The position numbers and the translations under genes were made by a program. The notes under the pieces were generated by a model. It ran no database searches. It was given only the letters and a program-made list of their open reading frames with translations, and was not told the DNA's origin. Below, in pieces: positions 9,551-18,810 of a stretch of DNA of 64,000 bases (within the stretch, counting starts at the first letter, position 1; every line of letters begins with the position of its first letter). Source of the stretch: Alphaproteobacteria bacterium (GTDB taxonomy: Bacteria > Pseudomonadota > Alphaproteobacteria > SHVV01); NCBI GenBank assembly GCA_965247665.1, contig CBDFHH010000002.1, positions 210,213 to 274,212 of the forward strand, written 5' to 3'.

Positions 9551-10378
9551 ATGGCTCCCAAGACTCCTCCCATCAAGAAGTTCCTTACCCGAAGGGAACG
9601 CGGCATGTATTCGAATTATCGCTACATAACCTTAGCAGTGGTTTCACCGGTGTTATTGATACTGATTTGGGACATGGTCGTAAGATACGGCATAGCAGAT
9701 TCCCTTCTCTTGCCATCGCCGGTCACGATCAGCCAAGCGTTCTGGGACATTGTTCTCAAGGGGTATAGTGGCTCGGGGATTCTCCTACACGTTGCCATGA
9801 GTCTATACCGCGTCGTCGTTGCATTTTTTGCTGCGACAGTCGTCGGAATAATCTTTGGGCTACTGAGAGGAAAATACCGTGATGTCAATGCGGTATTACT
9901 CGTACCCGCCGAGACGATTCGACCAATTCCCCCCCTCGCGTTTATTCCGTTGTTCATTCTCTGGTTCGGAATTGGAGAGCTTTCCAAGATTCTTTTGATA
10001 TTCTATTACGTTACATTGATCGTAATGTTGAACACGGAAGCGGGTGTCCGCAGCGTTCCTGACGACAAAATACGTGCGGCACAATCGCTTGGCGCAAATT
10101 CCCGTCAAATATTCGCTTACGTAATCGTACCCGCAGCACTTCCACACATAATGGCCGGCCTAAGAGTTGGTGCCGCTGCGGGCTTTTCGATTCTGGTGGC
10201 CTCGGAGTTGTTGGGCGGCGATTTGGGGTTGGGTTTCGTTATCATGGACGCGAGCACCTTCTTCCGCATGCCTGAAGTTTTCGTAGGTATTATCTTGATA
10301 GGAATACTGGGATTTACGTGGGATCGTGGTCTCAATTATGTCTTCCACCGGTTGGTTCATTGGGAGGGGAAAATCTAG
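9551..10378 (+). CDS. ABC transporter permease, NitT/TauT (SsuC/TauC-like) family
   Basis: 275-aa, 6-TM ORF with the BPD-type EAA loop region (IRAAQSLGANSRQIFAYVIVPAALP). Confidence 0.9.
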   Translation: MAPKTPPIKKFLTRRERGMYSNYRYITLAVVSPVLLILIWDMVVRYGIADSLLLPSPVTISQAFWDIVLKGYSGSGILLHVAMSLYRVVVAFFAATVVGIIFGLLRGKYRDVNAVLLVPAETIRPIPPLAFIPLFILWFGIGELSKILLIFYYVTLIVMLNTEAGVRSVPDDKIRAAQSLGANSRQIFAYVIVPAALPHIMAGLRVGAAAGFSILVASELLGGDLGLGFVIMDASTFFRMPEVFVGIILIGILGFTWDRGLNYVFHRLVHWEGKI

Positions 10379-10581
10379 GCTGGAAGATGTGAGGGAACCA
10401 AGAAGGGAGCTGATCGCAGTAAACCAGGAGCACCAGATGGGTCGTTTTCGGACCACCGCTTAACGTGGTAGAGTTCGAGTCAGGACGGTTCAGGAAGTTT
10501 AAACGTCTGAGAACCAAACGGTGGTGAATTTATATCTGTGACAAGGTTTCGGGGATTTCATCAAGCTGAGGAGGAACTGAG

Positions 10582-11631
10582 ATGAACGCGACAAAACGAT
10601 GGCGAGCTCTCCAGGGTGCTTTGGTATCTGTGATCCTGCTGGCTGGGCTCAGCCAAACCGCTTACGGAGAAATGCGTATCGCGTGGCAGAGTGCTGATGT
10701 TCAGACCCTATTAAGCCTAGCGGATAAGACCGGCATTTTTAAGGAAGAAGGTCTCGACTATTCGCTGCGTTCCTTTCCTTCCGGGGGGACAATTCTACCC
10801 GCCATGGCTGCCAGCGAAGTGGACATCGGATGGATGGGAGAATTTGCTGCTCTCACTGGGTTCACGAACGGAATTCCACTCGAAGTCATCATGGTCGAGC
10901 AAGATTGGCCATCATATCTACGAGTTATTGTACAACCAGACTCTGGAATAAAAGATATAACGGATTTGAAGGGGAAGAAGATCGGGATGGCCTTCGGATC
11001 TTCCGGTCATAACCACGCCCTGCTGATGCTGGACAAGGCTGGTTTGACAGCATCCGATGTGACACTGATCAATCTTCAGCCAGCCCAGCTACCTGCGGCA
11101 ATGCTCGCAAAACAGGTGGACGTCGCCGTGATATGGGAGACGAGTGCTGGACTCATCGAACGCCAAGGAGGCATTCCTATTGCGACAACCGAATCCCTCG
11201 GTGCCTGGCTGATAGGTATATGGATCGCTCGAAAGGAGTATGTGCGGGAGAACCCGGAGGAGATACAAAAATTCCTTCGAGCGTGGAGTAAGGCGATGAA
11301 AAGGCTTAATGACCGTTGCCAAGAGAGTCTCCAGTTTGAGGCGGAACGGATAGGTCAGACACCAGATCAGCTCAGTGCACTACTCGTTAGGGCGGGCACG
11401 AAATGGCCAAGCTGGGGAAGCTTGATTTCGGACGATTACATGGGTGCTCCGGGGAAAGTCGAAACGAGCCGCCTATACAAGCACTATCTTAATCTGGCTC
11501 ACTTCATGGTCGGCTTGGATCGACTCAAAGCCGTTCCAGATAACCTTGCCGATGTGATCAATCCCCAACCTGTGGCTACTTATCTTGCGGCACATCCCGA
11601 GGATGCCAATATGAGTCCAGTCTGTCCCTAG
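10582..11631 (+). CDS. ABC transporter periplasmic substrate-binding protein (NMT1/SsuA/TauA-like)
   Basis: 349-aa ORF with a signal peptide (LLAGLSQTAYG) and an NMT1-like fold pattern. The stop TAG 11629-11631 is partly built from the IS insertion junction. Confidence 0.85.
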   Translation: MNATKRWRALQGALVSVILLAGLSQTAYGEMRIAWQSADVQTLLSLADKTGIFKEEGLDYSLRSFPSGGTILPAMAASEVDIGWMGEFAALTGFTNGIPLEVIMVEQDWPSYLRVIVQPDSGIKDITDLKGKKIGMAFGSSGHNHALLMLDKAGLTASDVTLINLQPAQLPAAMLAKQVDVAVIWETSAGLIERQGGIPIATTESLGAWLIGIWIARKEYVRENPEEIQKFLRAWSKAMKRLNDRCQESLQFEAERIGQTPDQLSALLVRAGTKWPSWGSLISDDYMGAPGKVETSRLYKHYLNLAHFMVGLDRLKAVPDNLADVINPQPVATYLAAHPEDANMSPVCP

Positions 11632-12452
11632 GCTCCGGACTCATAATCAGTAGCACACGATAGCGGCGAGGAAGGTTTGGGCGAGGCGGTCGTATCGAGC
11701 GGCGATTCCACGGAGTCCTTGAGGCGGGCGAACACGCGCTCGATAGCATTGCGTTGGAGTTAGAGAAGGGGCGAAACGCAGTTCTTCCAACGCCGGTTGG
11801 TTTTGGATGGAATGTTCGGCGAGGCGCCCTTTCTCTCGATCTTTCGATACACGACATCGCTGTCACAGCCTATGTCGCCATGATGGATGTCGGTTTTCGG
11901 CATGTGCTCCAGCAAGGGCGTCGGCCGCGGTGTAATCGGCCACTTGGCCGTCGGTCAGGAGGAAGGCGATTGGGCGGCATCGAGGGTCGCTCAGGGCATC
12001 GATCTTGGTGGTGCCTCCGCTTCCAGAGCGGCCCATCGCCTGAGCGAGTTTCCCCTTACCGCCCGAGGCGCAGCTGGGGGGCGTGACCGCCGATGAATCG
12101 ATCAGTAGTTCCGTCGGCGGCCGTCAGCCGGCGCCAGCGCGTGAAAGACAATTTTCCAAACCGCTTATGCCGGCCAACGCACGAAGCGATTGTAGAGCGT
12201 CTTGCATGGTCCAAAGATCTCCGGTGCAGCGGCCCAGCGCCCGTCGTTCTACAAGACATGGACGATCCCGCTGATGACCCGCCGATCATCGACGCGAGAA
12301 ACGCCACGCGTATCGCTTGGGAGAAACGGCTCGAGCCGCAAGAATTGCTTCTCGTCGAGCCAGGAACAATCGCCTTCCATCGTTGGCCTTCTTTCGGAAA
12401 CCTTGAACCACAAGTGCATTCGAAAGGAGATCGTTCTTATGAAGCCGGAGCC
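11631..12452 (-). mobile_element. 822-bp IS5-family (IS427/IS1031-like) element with 14/16 terminal inverted repeats and a TA target duplication; transposase decayed
   Basis: IRs are GGCTCCGGACTCATAA (11631) and GGCTCCGGCTTCATAA (rc, 12452), flanked by TA at 11629-30 and 12453-54. Minus-strand translation gives RVDDRRVISGIVHVL*NDGRW ... YNRFVRW, SGGTTKIDAL ... LLTDGQVADY and RNAIERVFARLKD, with in-frame stops and frameshifts. Confidence 0.75.
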
Positions 12453-12458
12453 TAAGCA

Positions 12459-13247
12459 GTGACCACCCCTGCTGGTAGTGGGCCAACGGAACCACTTCTT
12501 TTGGCAGAGAGCTTGTCCTACTCCTACGGGGATTTGCGAGTATTTGACAAACTCTCCTTTACTCTGGAGGAGAAGAAGTTTGTATCACTTCTTGGGCCGT
12601 CTGGATGTGGTAAGACGACGTTGCTCAATCTGATTGCGGGTTTCCTGAGACCGACTGGAGGGGTCCTGAAGTTCAACGGTAGGCCAATAGAGACCCCTGG
12701 TCCGGATCGCGCAGTCGTCTTCCAGAGCGGCGCACTCTTCGAGTGGCTAACGGTCCGGGACAACATCGAATTCAGCCTTCGTTGTCGCGGTGTCGCCGCC
12801 GGCGCACGCCGCAAAGTAAGCGAAGAGATGATCGAGCTTGTTGGGCTTCGCGGGTTTGAGGATCAATATCCCTATCAATTGTCAGGTGGTATGCAACAGC
12901 GGGTTGGCGTTGCGCGTGTTATTGCGGCCAACCCGCGGATAATGCTGATGGATGAACCATTCGCCGCTGTCGATGTGCAGACACGGGAGATGCTGCAGGA
13001 GGAGCTATTGCGAATCCATCAGCGGACTGGTTGTACAATAGTGTTCGTGACTCACAGCATTGACGAGGCCGTGTTTCTTTCCGATCAGATAATTCTCTTA
13101 TCCTCGCGGGGGCAAGCATTCGGAGGAATCCGATCCCAGCTCGAGGTTCAACTCCCAGCGCCACGCTGGGACGGAGCCAATCGTTTACATCCGCAATTTC
13201 TTAAAATCCGAGAACAGCTCTACGTGGCAATGCGGGAAGGAAAATAG
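12459..13247 (+). CDS. ABC transporter ATP-binding protein, NitT/TauT (TauB/SsuB-like) family
   Basis: Walker A GPSGCGKTT, signature LSGGMQQR, Walker B IMLMDEPFAAVD, H-loop VTHS. Confidence 0.9.
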   Translation: MTTPAGSGPTEPLLLAESLSYSYGDLRVFDKLSFTLEEKKFVSLLGPSGCGKTTLLNLIAGFLRPTGGVLKFNGRPIETPGPDRAVVFQSGALFEWLTVRDNIEFSLRCRGVAAGARRKVSEEMIELVGLRGFEDQYPYQLSGGMQQRVGVARVIAANPRIMLMDEPFAAVDVQTREMLQEELLRIHQRTGCTIVFVTHSIDEAVFLSDQIILLSSRGQAFGGIRSQLEVQLPAPRWDGANRLHPQFLKIREQLYVAMREGK

Positions 13248-13250
13248 TTG

Positions 13251-13330
13251 TAGCCTGCCCCACATAGTGGTCCACCGCATAATTAGAGATTGGCGGGGGT
13301 CGGGTTGATTTTCGGGCCAAAGCTTATCAG
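13251..13330 (+). mobile_element. IS3-family terminal sequence, copy C (tip TAGCCTGCCCCACATAGTGGTCCAC at 13251, reading rightwards)
   Basis: Aligns with copies A, D and B. It starts 4 nt after the ABC ATPase stop, and no transposase follows. Confidence 0.55.
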
Positions 13331-13580
13331 CAGCGGTGGGTTGAACATCAACGATGGGCAACGTGGAATACGGAGCCGGAGGCCTCTATCCGAGTGAAAT
13401 CTCGTCGGTATCCGGCATCAATCGCCGGCCACAACCTCGCCGACCGTTTCTTTGCGGTGCTACGTCGTCATAAACTGCTGGGACATTCCATCCGCTACTC
13501 TTCTACGTTCCAAAGTTCTTGGGTAAGCCTCCGGCGTAGGCCGCCTGTTCCGCTGCCGGCCAACCGGCCCGGCTCCGCGA

Positions 13581-14033
13581 TCAGAGACGCTTGCGCATGT
13601 AAACCCGCGGATAACCGCGCTCGACGCGGCGCTCTATTTCCTCATATCCATGACGCACATAGAGCGCGATATTCTCCGTCATCCGCTGGTGGGTGTAGAG
13701 ATCAAGGTGCCCGTAGCCCAGCCGGCGCGCTTCAGCCTCTGCGTGCTCCATAAGCCGGCGGCCGATTCCTTCACCCTGCCTCGACGGCCGCACAGCGATG
13801 TTATCGAGAAGAAGGCCGATCTCCTCTTTGATGAGAACGAGGACGCCAATAATCGCCTCCCCGCCATCGACGACGAACACGCGGTGATCGCGGACGATCT
13901 CGTCGTAGTTTCCCAGCATGGGTCCCGGCGGTTTGCCGATGCGCTTGATGTAGGGCGAGTAAGCCGCTCGCACGCACTCCGCAATGCTGTCCGCATCGCT
14001 AGATGTCGCGGAGCGGAGTACAGGACTGGTCAT
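13581..14033 (-). CDS. GNAT-family N-acetyltransferase
   Basis: Acetyl-CoA-binding motif VRPSRQGEGIGRRLM. The 150-aa core starts at ATG 14033. The ORF stays open upstream to 14264, so a 77-codon extension is possible. Confidence 0.8.
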   Translation of the reverse strand: MTSPVLRSATSSDADSIAECVRAAYSPYIKRIGKPPGPMLGNYDEIVRDHRVFVVDGGEAIIGVLVLIKEEIGLLLDNIAVRPSRQGEGIGRRLMEHAEAEARRLGYGHLDLYTHQRMTENIALYVRHGYEEIERRVERGYPRVYMRKRL

Positions 14034-14275
14034 GGAATCGGGCATGACCTTGATGACGGCGGGTACAGCATCCAAGTGCGGCGTTCCGTTCCTGTGAACC
14101 AACTGCCAACTCTCGTCTTCGTCCATCGCCGCGCGGAGATCATATCGAGGATAGATTTCCCCGTCGCCTTTGGTCCGAGCATCAAGCTCCAGGATAACCA
14201 TTTCCCAGTCGGAACGGTTGATCACATCATGCGCCCCGCCTCCCGCACGGAAGCCAGCGCACATTCCGGGCGCCA

Positions 14276-14482
14276 GTGCAGCGTGAAAACATCGAGCATA
14301 TGGCTGCGCTGGTCGCGCAGCGCAAGCAATCCGGCGGCGGCTTTATCCTGGTCGAGCAGAATCTCGAGCTGGTGGCTGCGGTCGCCGACCGAATCACCGT
14401 CCTCGACCAGGGCCGGTCGGTTCTCGCCGGACGCGCCGGCGAGACTTCGCGCAGTGTCATCCTCGAGCATCTTGGCGTCTAG
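14276..14482 (+). pseudogene. C-terminal relic of a LivF-type branched-chain amino-acid ABC ATPase
   Basis: FILVEQNLELVAAVADRITVLDQGRSVLAG ... ILEHLGV matches only the last ~65 residues of LivF-like proteins. No Walker A region lies upstream. Confidence 0.5.
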
Positions 14483-14572
14483 TCCAGCGTCACGCGGCGC
14501 GGGGCATCGTCGGGCTTGGCGATCGGGCGCCAACCCCCTAGCCTGGAGGTTCGTGCAGACAGGAGGGTTGGC

Positions 14573-15175
14573 ATGACCACGAACTTTGTCGATTGCGAAG
14601 CTCAACTCCGCGAGAGTTACGACGAGCCCAAGGAAATGTTGCTCAAACTCAAGCTCAAGAAACTCGACAAACACACGCGCCGGTTTATCTCGCTGAGTCC
14701 GTTCCTGGTGCTGGCCACCCGTGGTGACGCGTCACCGAAGGGCGATGCCCCGGGCTTCGTTCACGTCGTCGACGACACCACTCTGCTGCTCCCCGATCGC
14801 GCCGGCAACAACAAGCTCGACTCCCTGCGTAACATCCTCGACGACCCCGTCGTCGGCATGATCTTCTTCATCCCCGGGTTCAACGAAACCTTGCGCGTCA
14901 ACGGCACCGCCCGCGCGACGATGGATCAGGCGTTGCTCGAGCCCTTGGCCGTCAACGGCAAAGTGCCCAAATCGGGCATCGTGGTCGATGTCGACGAGGT
15001 CTATTTACACTGCGGTAAAGCGCTGATTCGCGCCAAACTATGGGACATTGAGGCGCGCACCGACCGCGCCGAGATGCCGACCATGGGTCGGATGGTCGCG
15101 GACCAGATCGCCGGGTTCGATGCCGACGAGGTCGAGACCAACTACCAGGACGCGCTTAAGACCCACCTCTATTAG
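14573..15175 (+). CDS. PPOX-class (pyridoxamine 5'-phosphate oxidase-related) FMN-binding protein
   Basis: 200-aa ORF behind the SD AGGAGGG. DRAGNNKLDSLRNILDDPVVGMIFFIPG..ETLRVNG is characteristic of this family. Confidence 0.75.
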   Translation: MTTNFVDCEAQLRESYDEPKEMLLKLKLKKLDKHTRRFISLSPFLVLATRGDASPKGDAPGFVHVVDDTTLLLPDRAGNNKLDSLRNILDDPVVGMIFFIPGFNETLRVNGTARATMDQALLEPLAVNGKVPKSGIVVDVDEVYLHCGKALIRAKLWDIEARTDRAEMPTMGRMVADQIAGFDADEVETNYQDALKTHLY

Positions 15176-15211
15176 CGCGCAAAACGCCAGACGCCGCGCG
15201 TATCGCCGCCC

Positions 15212-15300
15212 ATACCCCAGCGGCGCCAGGGCGTCCAGCACCGCGTTGGTGACCGCCGCGGGCGCGCCGATCGCGCCGGATTCGCGGATTGGCGTCCTGA
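15212..15300 (-). pseudogene. ~30-codon relic of a CoxL/xanthine-dehydrogenase-type molybdopterin subunit C-terminus
   Basis: The minus-strand peptide IRESGAIGAPAAVTNAVLDALAPLGYG matches the conserved C-terminal motif of that family. No ORF surrounds it. Confidence 0.35.
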
Positions 15301-15460
15301 AATCCGCTTATCGACACTCTTTCGGCCGGTGCAATCCGATCGAGTCTTGTCGACCACCGCACGACGACCCATCTACTGGACATCGCGGGTTTACGCATCG
15401 ACGCTTGTCAACTGGTCGAGCTAATCTCTGCCCACAACAACACCAAACCGGAGGAAAATC

Positions 15461-16120
<660 letters not shown>

Positions 16121-16158
16121 GCGCGGCGTCGCTGCGAGGATTGATTTGTTGGCGAATC

Positions 16159-16197
16159 GGCCCGGTTTGGTACCGCTGGTTAGGGGCCAACCGGGCC
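16159..16197. terminator. long hairpin between convergent genes (GGCCCGGTTTGG ... CCAACCGGGCC, one bulge)
   Basis: Inverted repeat read directly. It lies between the peroxiredoxin stop and the DUF1194 stop. Confidence 0.4.
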
Positions 16198-16232
16198 GGG
16201 CACCGCGGCGATGCGGGTGAAGACTTCGGCGA

Positions 16233-16976
16233 TTAGGCGTCATCGGCAACGGCGCGCTTGCGATGCGGCACCAACGCCACCGGAGCGCCACGGACCTCGC
16301 GGATCAGCTTGCGACGGATCGCTTCAGCGAAGTTGTCGTAGTTGTCCGCAATCTCGACGAAGGCTGACGGCCCGGTGACGACCGTGCTTGCGTAGTAATG
16401 CGCCAGGTCCGGTTCCTCGTTAAGGATCGTCAGCCCGTTGATCGTAATGCCGAAAAGCTCGGCCCGCGTCCGCATCTCCTCGACGTCGGTGCCGTCGTTG
16501 GCACGGCCGTCGCCCGAAACGTCGATGATTTGGCGTCGCCCCTCGATGCCGTTGTCTTGGATCAGCTTGACCGCGTGCTCCAGCGCATCGCCGATCGCCG
16601 TACTCCCGCCCCAGACCACGCGCGGGGTGAAGTCGATCGTCTCGGCGAACGCCGTCGACGTCGGACCGTCCCGTATGATCGACCAGTCGATGGCGACGCG
16701 GCTTTGCCCTGGACCGGCCCACACCAGCATGCATACCGCCAGGCCGCCGCTAAGCGCCTCGACCGCCGCGGCGAATTCGGGATCGCGGAAAGCGGCGGCA
16801 TAGCCCGCCATTTGCAGATTGAACTCGCGATAATCAACGCTGGTCGAAGCGTCGACCGCCAGCACCAGCTCCATGTCGACCGCCGCAGCCGGCGCATTCC
16901 AAAGAGTTCCCAGAAGGGCCAACGCAGCCCCCGCACCGCACCAACATCGTCTTGCCCGGCCAGCGACGAGTTTCAT
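16233..16976 (-). CDS. DUF1194 (vWA-like) secreted protein, paralog 1
   Basis: Has a signal peptide. LVLAVDASTSVDYREFNLQMAGYAAAFRDPEF ... ITINGLTILNEEPDLAHYY is typical of DUF1194. Confidence 0.8.
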   Translation of the reverse strand: MKLVAGRARRCWCGAGAALALLGTLWNAPAAAVDMELVLAVDASTSVDYREFNLQMAGYAAAFRDPEFAAAVEALSGGLAVCMLVWAGPGQSRVAIDWSIIRDGPTSTAFAETIDFTPRVVWGGSTAIGDALEHAVKLIQDNGIEGRRQIIDVSGDGRANDGTDVEEMRTRAELFGITINGLTILNEEPDLAHYYASTVVTGPSAFVEIADNYDNFAEAIRRKLIREVRGAPVALVPHRKRAVADDA

Positions 16977-17190
16977 TATTCCACCGCCGGCTCGACTGCA
17001 CGATCGTCGTCCAATCGGACGACCGGCGCCCCGCGAATTTCGCGAATCATCTTACGACGAACGGCGCCCTCGAAATCGTCAAAATCGTCGCCGATCTCGA
17101 CCAACGATTGCGGGTCGCCGACCACATCCCCCAAGTCCTGGAGGTCGACCCCGCCCTCGTTGTCGAGGATAGTCAGGCTGCAGCTTTCGG
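16976..17190 (-). pseudogene. start-less C-terminal relic of a third DUF1194 paralog
   Basis: TILDNEGGVDLQDLGDVVGDPQSLVEIGDDFDDFEGAVRRKMIREIRGAPV aligns with the C-termini of both neighbours. It has no start codon. Its TAA overlaps the ATG of paralog 1 (TAATG). Confidence 0.5.
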
Positions 17191-17193
17191 TGG

Positions 17194-17940
17194 TTATCGC
17201 CGGGCGAACTCTGGCCGCACAGGGTTGTCGCGTGACCCCGGGCGGTAGCGCGATATCGGCAGGCCCATGATCTCACGGATCAGCTTGCGCAGCACGGCAT
17301 CGGGCACTTCGTAGAAATTATCGACGTGTTCGATGAATGAGCCCAAACCGCCTGTCACGTAGCGATTGAAGTAAAGATTGAGGGCGGCGCGACGCATGAT
17401 CACCAGGCCGTTAATGGTCACCCCGGAGGCTACCGCCCGGTCGCGCGCCGGCCCCGGAAACGCGCCCATATTGGATCGCCCATCAGCCGATACGTCGATC
17501 GTCTGTCGTTCGGACTCAAAACCGTTGTCGGCGAACTGCGCCATCGAGAACAAAATGGCATCGCCGATCGCCGTGAGATCGCCACTATAGTAACGCGGCG
17601 TCGCCGCGATGCGGTCGGCGAACAAGCCCGCCGTACGCGCATCGCGCAGCTGCATCCAGTCCACCGCCAGCACCGGCTTGCCGCCGCCGGCCCACTGCAC
17701 CATCGCGACGGCGATACCTTTGTTGCCGGCCTGATGGATGGCCTGATGCACGTCGGGATGGCGGAACGCGGCGGCGTAGCCTTCCATCTGGATGCGAAAT
17801 TCATAGTCGTTGATACTCGCCGAGGTATCGACCGCCAGCACCAGTTGGAGATCGACGGTTACCGCGGCCGCCGTTTGCGGCGCTGCAAAAAGGATCGCCG
17901 CGACCAGCCAGCCGATCTCCGTTTGTCGGATACGCGCCAT
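17194..17940 (-). CDS. DUF1194 (vWA-like) secreted protein, paralog 2
   Basis: LQLVLAVDTSASINDYEFRIQMEGYAAAFRHPDV ... VTINGLVIM is collinear with paralog 1. Confidence 0.8.
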   Translation of the reverse strand: MARIRQTEIGWLVAAILFAAPQTAAAVTVDLQLVLAVDTSASINDYEFRIQMEGYAAAFRHPDVHQAIHQAGNKGIAVAMVQWAGGGKPVLAVDWMQLRDARTAGLFADRIAATPRYYSGDLTAIGDAILFSMAQFADNGFESERQTIDVSADGRSNMGAFPGPARDRAVASGVTINGLVIMRRAALNLYFNRYVTGGLGSFIEHVDNFYEVPDAVLRKLIREIMGLPISRYRPGSRDNPVRPEFARR

Positions 17941-17975
17941 ATCCGCTGCCGGTTCCGCGCCTCCTCCGGTCCCCG

Positions 17976-18767
17976 CTACCAGCTGTTGCGCAACTCGCGC
18001 AGTTTGAGAAACACCTCCTTGGCGCCGGGCGCTTCCGGCAAATCGGGAAACGCCTCGCGCAGGCGCTTAATCACGCTCGGGCTGCGGAGCCGGAAGAAGG
18101 TGTTGATCTCCTTTTCCAGGCCGATCGAGGTTACCCGCGGACTATGCGGATCCTGCCGCTTGATCTCGGGCAGCAGCTCGGCAGCCCGTTCGTTATCGGG
18201 CTCACGGTCCAACGTAAAATTCAGATTGTTCTCGATGTAGTCGTGGCCGGGATAGATCAGCGTGTCGTTCGGTAGTTCCGCGAGCTGGTTGGCGAAGGTC
18301 TGATACAGCTCGGCCGGATGACCGCCGCCGTGGCAATTGCCGGCACCGGCATTAAACAGCGTATCGCCGCACACCAAGGCCCGCTGATCGGCGTGAGCGA
18401 GCAGGCAGATGTGCGACATGGTGTGGCCCGGCGTGTCGAGCGCTTCGAGCTCGACGGTTTTGCCGACCTTGATCGCGTCGCCGGCCCTGAGGCCGACATC
18501 CATGCCCGGAATGCGATCCTTGGCGCCGGCATGGGCGAGCAGCTTTGCGCCGGTGGCGGCGATCATGGCGTCGTTGCCGCCCGTGTGGTCGCCATGTTCG
18601 TGGGTGTTGAGGATCTGAGTCACCTCCCAGCCCCTGTCCTTGGCGACCTTGAGGCACAGTGCCGATTCCAGCGGATCGATCGCCAGAGCCTCGCCGGTTT
18701 CCTCGCAGGCGATGAGATAGTTGAAGTTCCGATAGGCGTTGTCGGTAAATATCTGCTCGACGATCAC
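17976..18767 (-). CDS. MBL-fold hydrolase, hydroxyacylglutathione hydrolase (GloB)-like
   Basis: Metal motif THEHGDHTGG (HxHxDH) and a HAGH_C-like tail (EKEINTFFRL). Confidence 0.8.
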   Translation of the reverse strand: MIVEQIFTDNAYRNFNYLIACEETGEALAIDPLESALCLKVAKDRGWEVTQILNTHEHGDHTGGNDAMIAATGAKLLAHAGAKDRIPGMDVGLRAGDAIKVGKTVELEALDTPGHTMSHICLLAHADQRALVCGDTLFNAGAGNCHGGGHPAELYQTFANQLAELPNDTLIYPGHDYIENNLNFTLDREPDNERAAELLPEIKRQDPHSPRVTSIGLEKEINTFFRLRSPSVIKRLREAFPDLPEAPGAKEVFLKLRELRNSW

Positions 18768-18810
18768 GCTCGCCTCCCTGGTTGGTGCAAGTGGAACCGC
18801 GCTCGGCAGG

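Noticed and set aside
13394-13753. 119-aa plus-strand ORF following IS-end copy C, considered as the transposase orfA of that IS copy.
   Set aside because: The translation has no IS3 orfA HTH or leucine-zipper features. Its 3' half is antisense to the well-supported GNAT gene.
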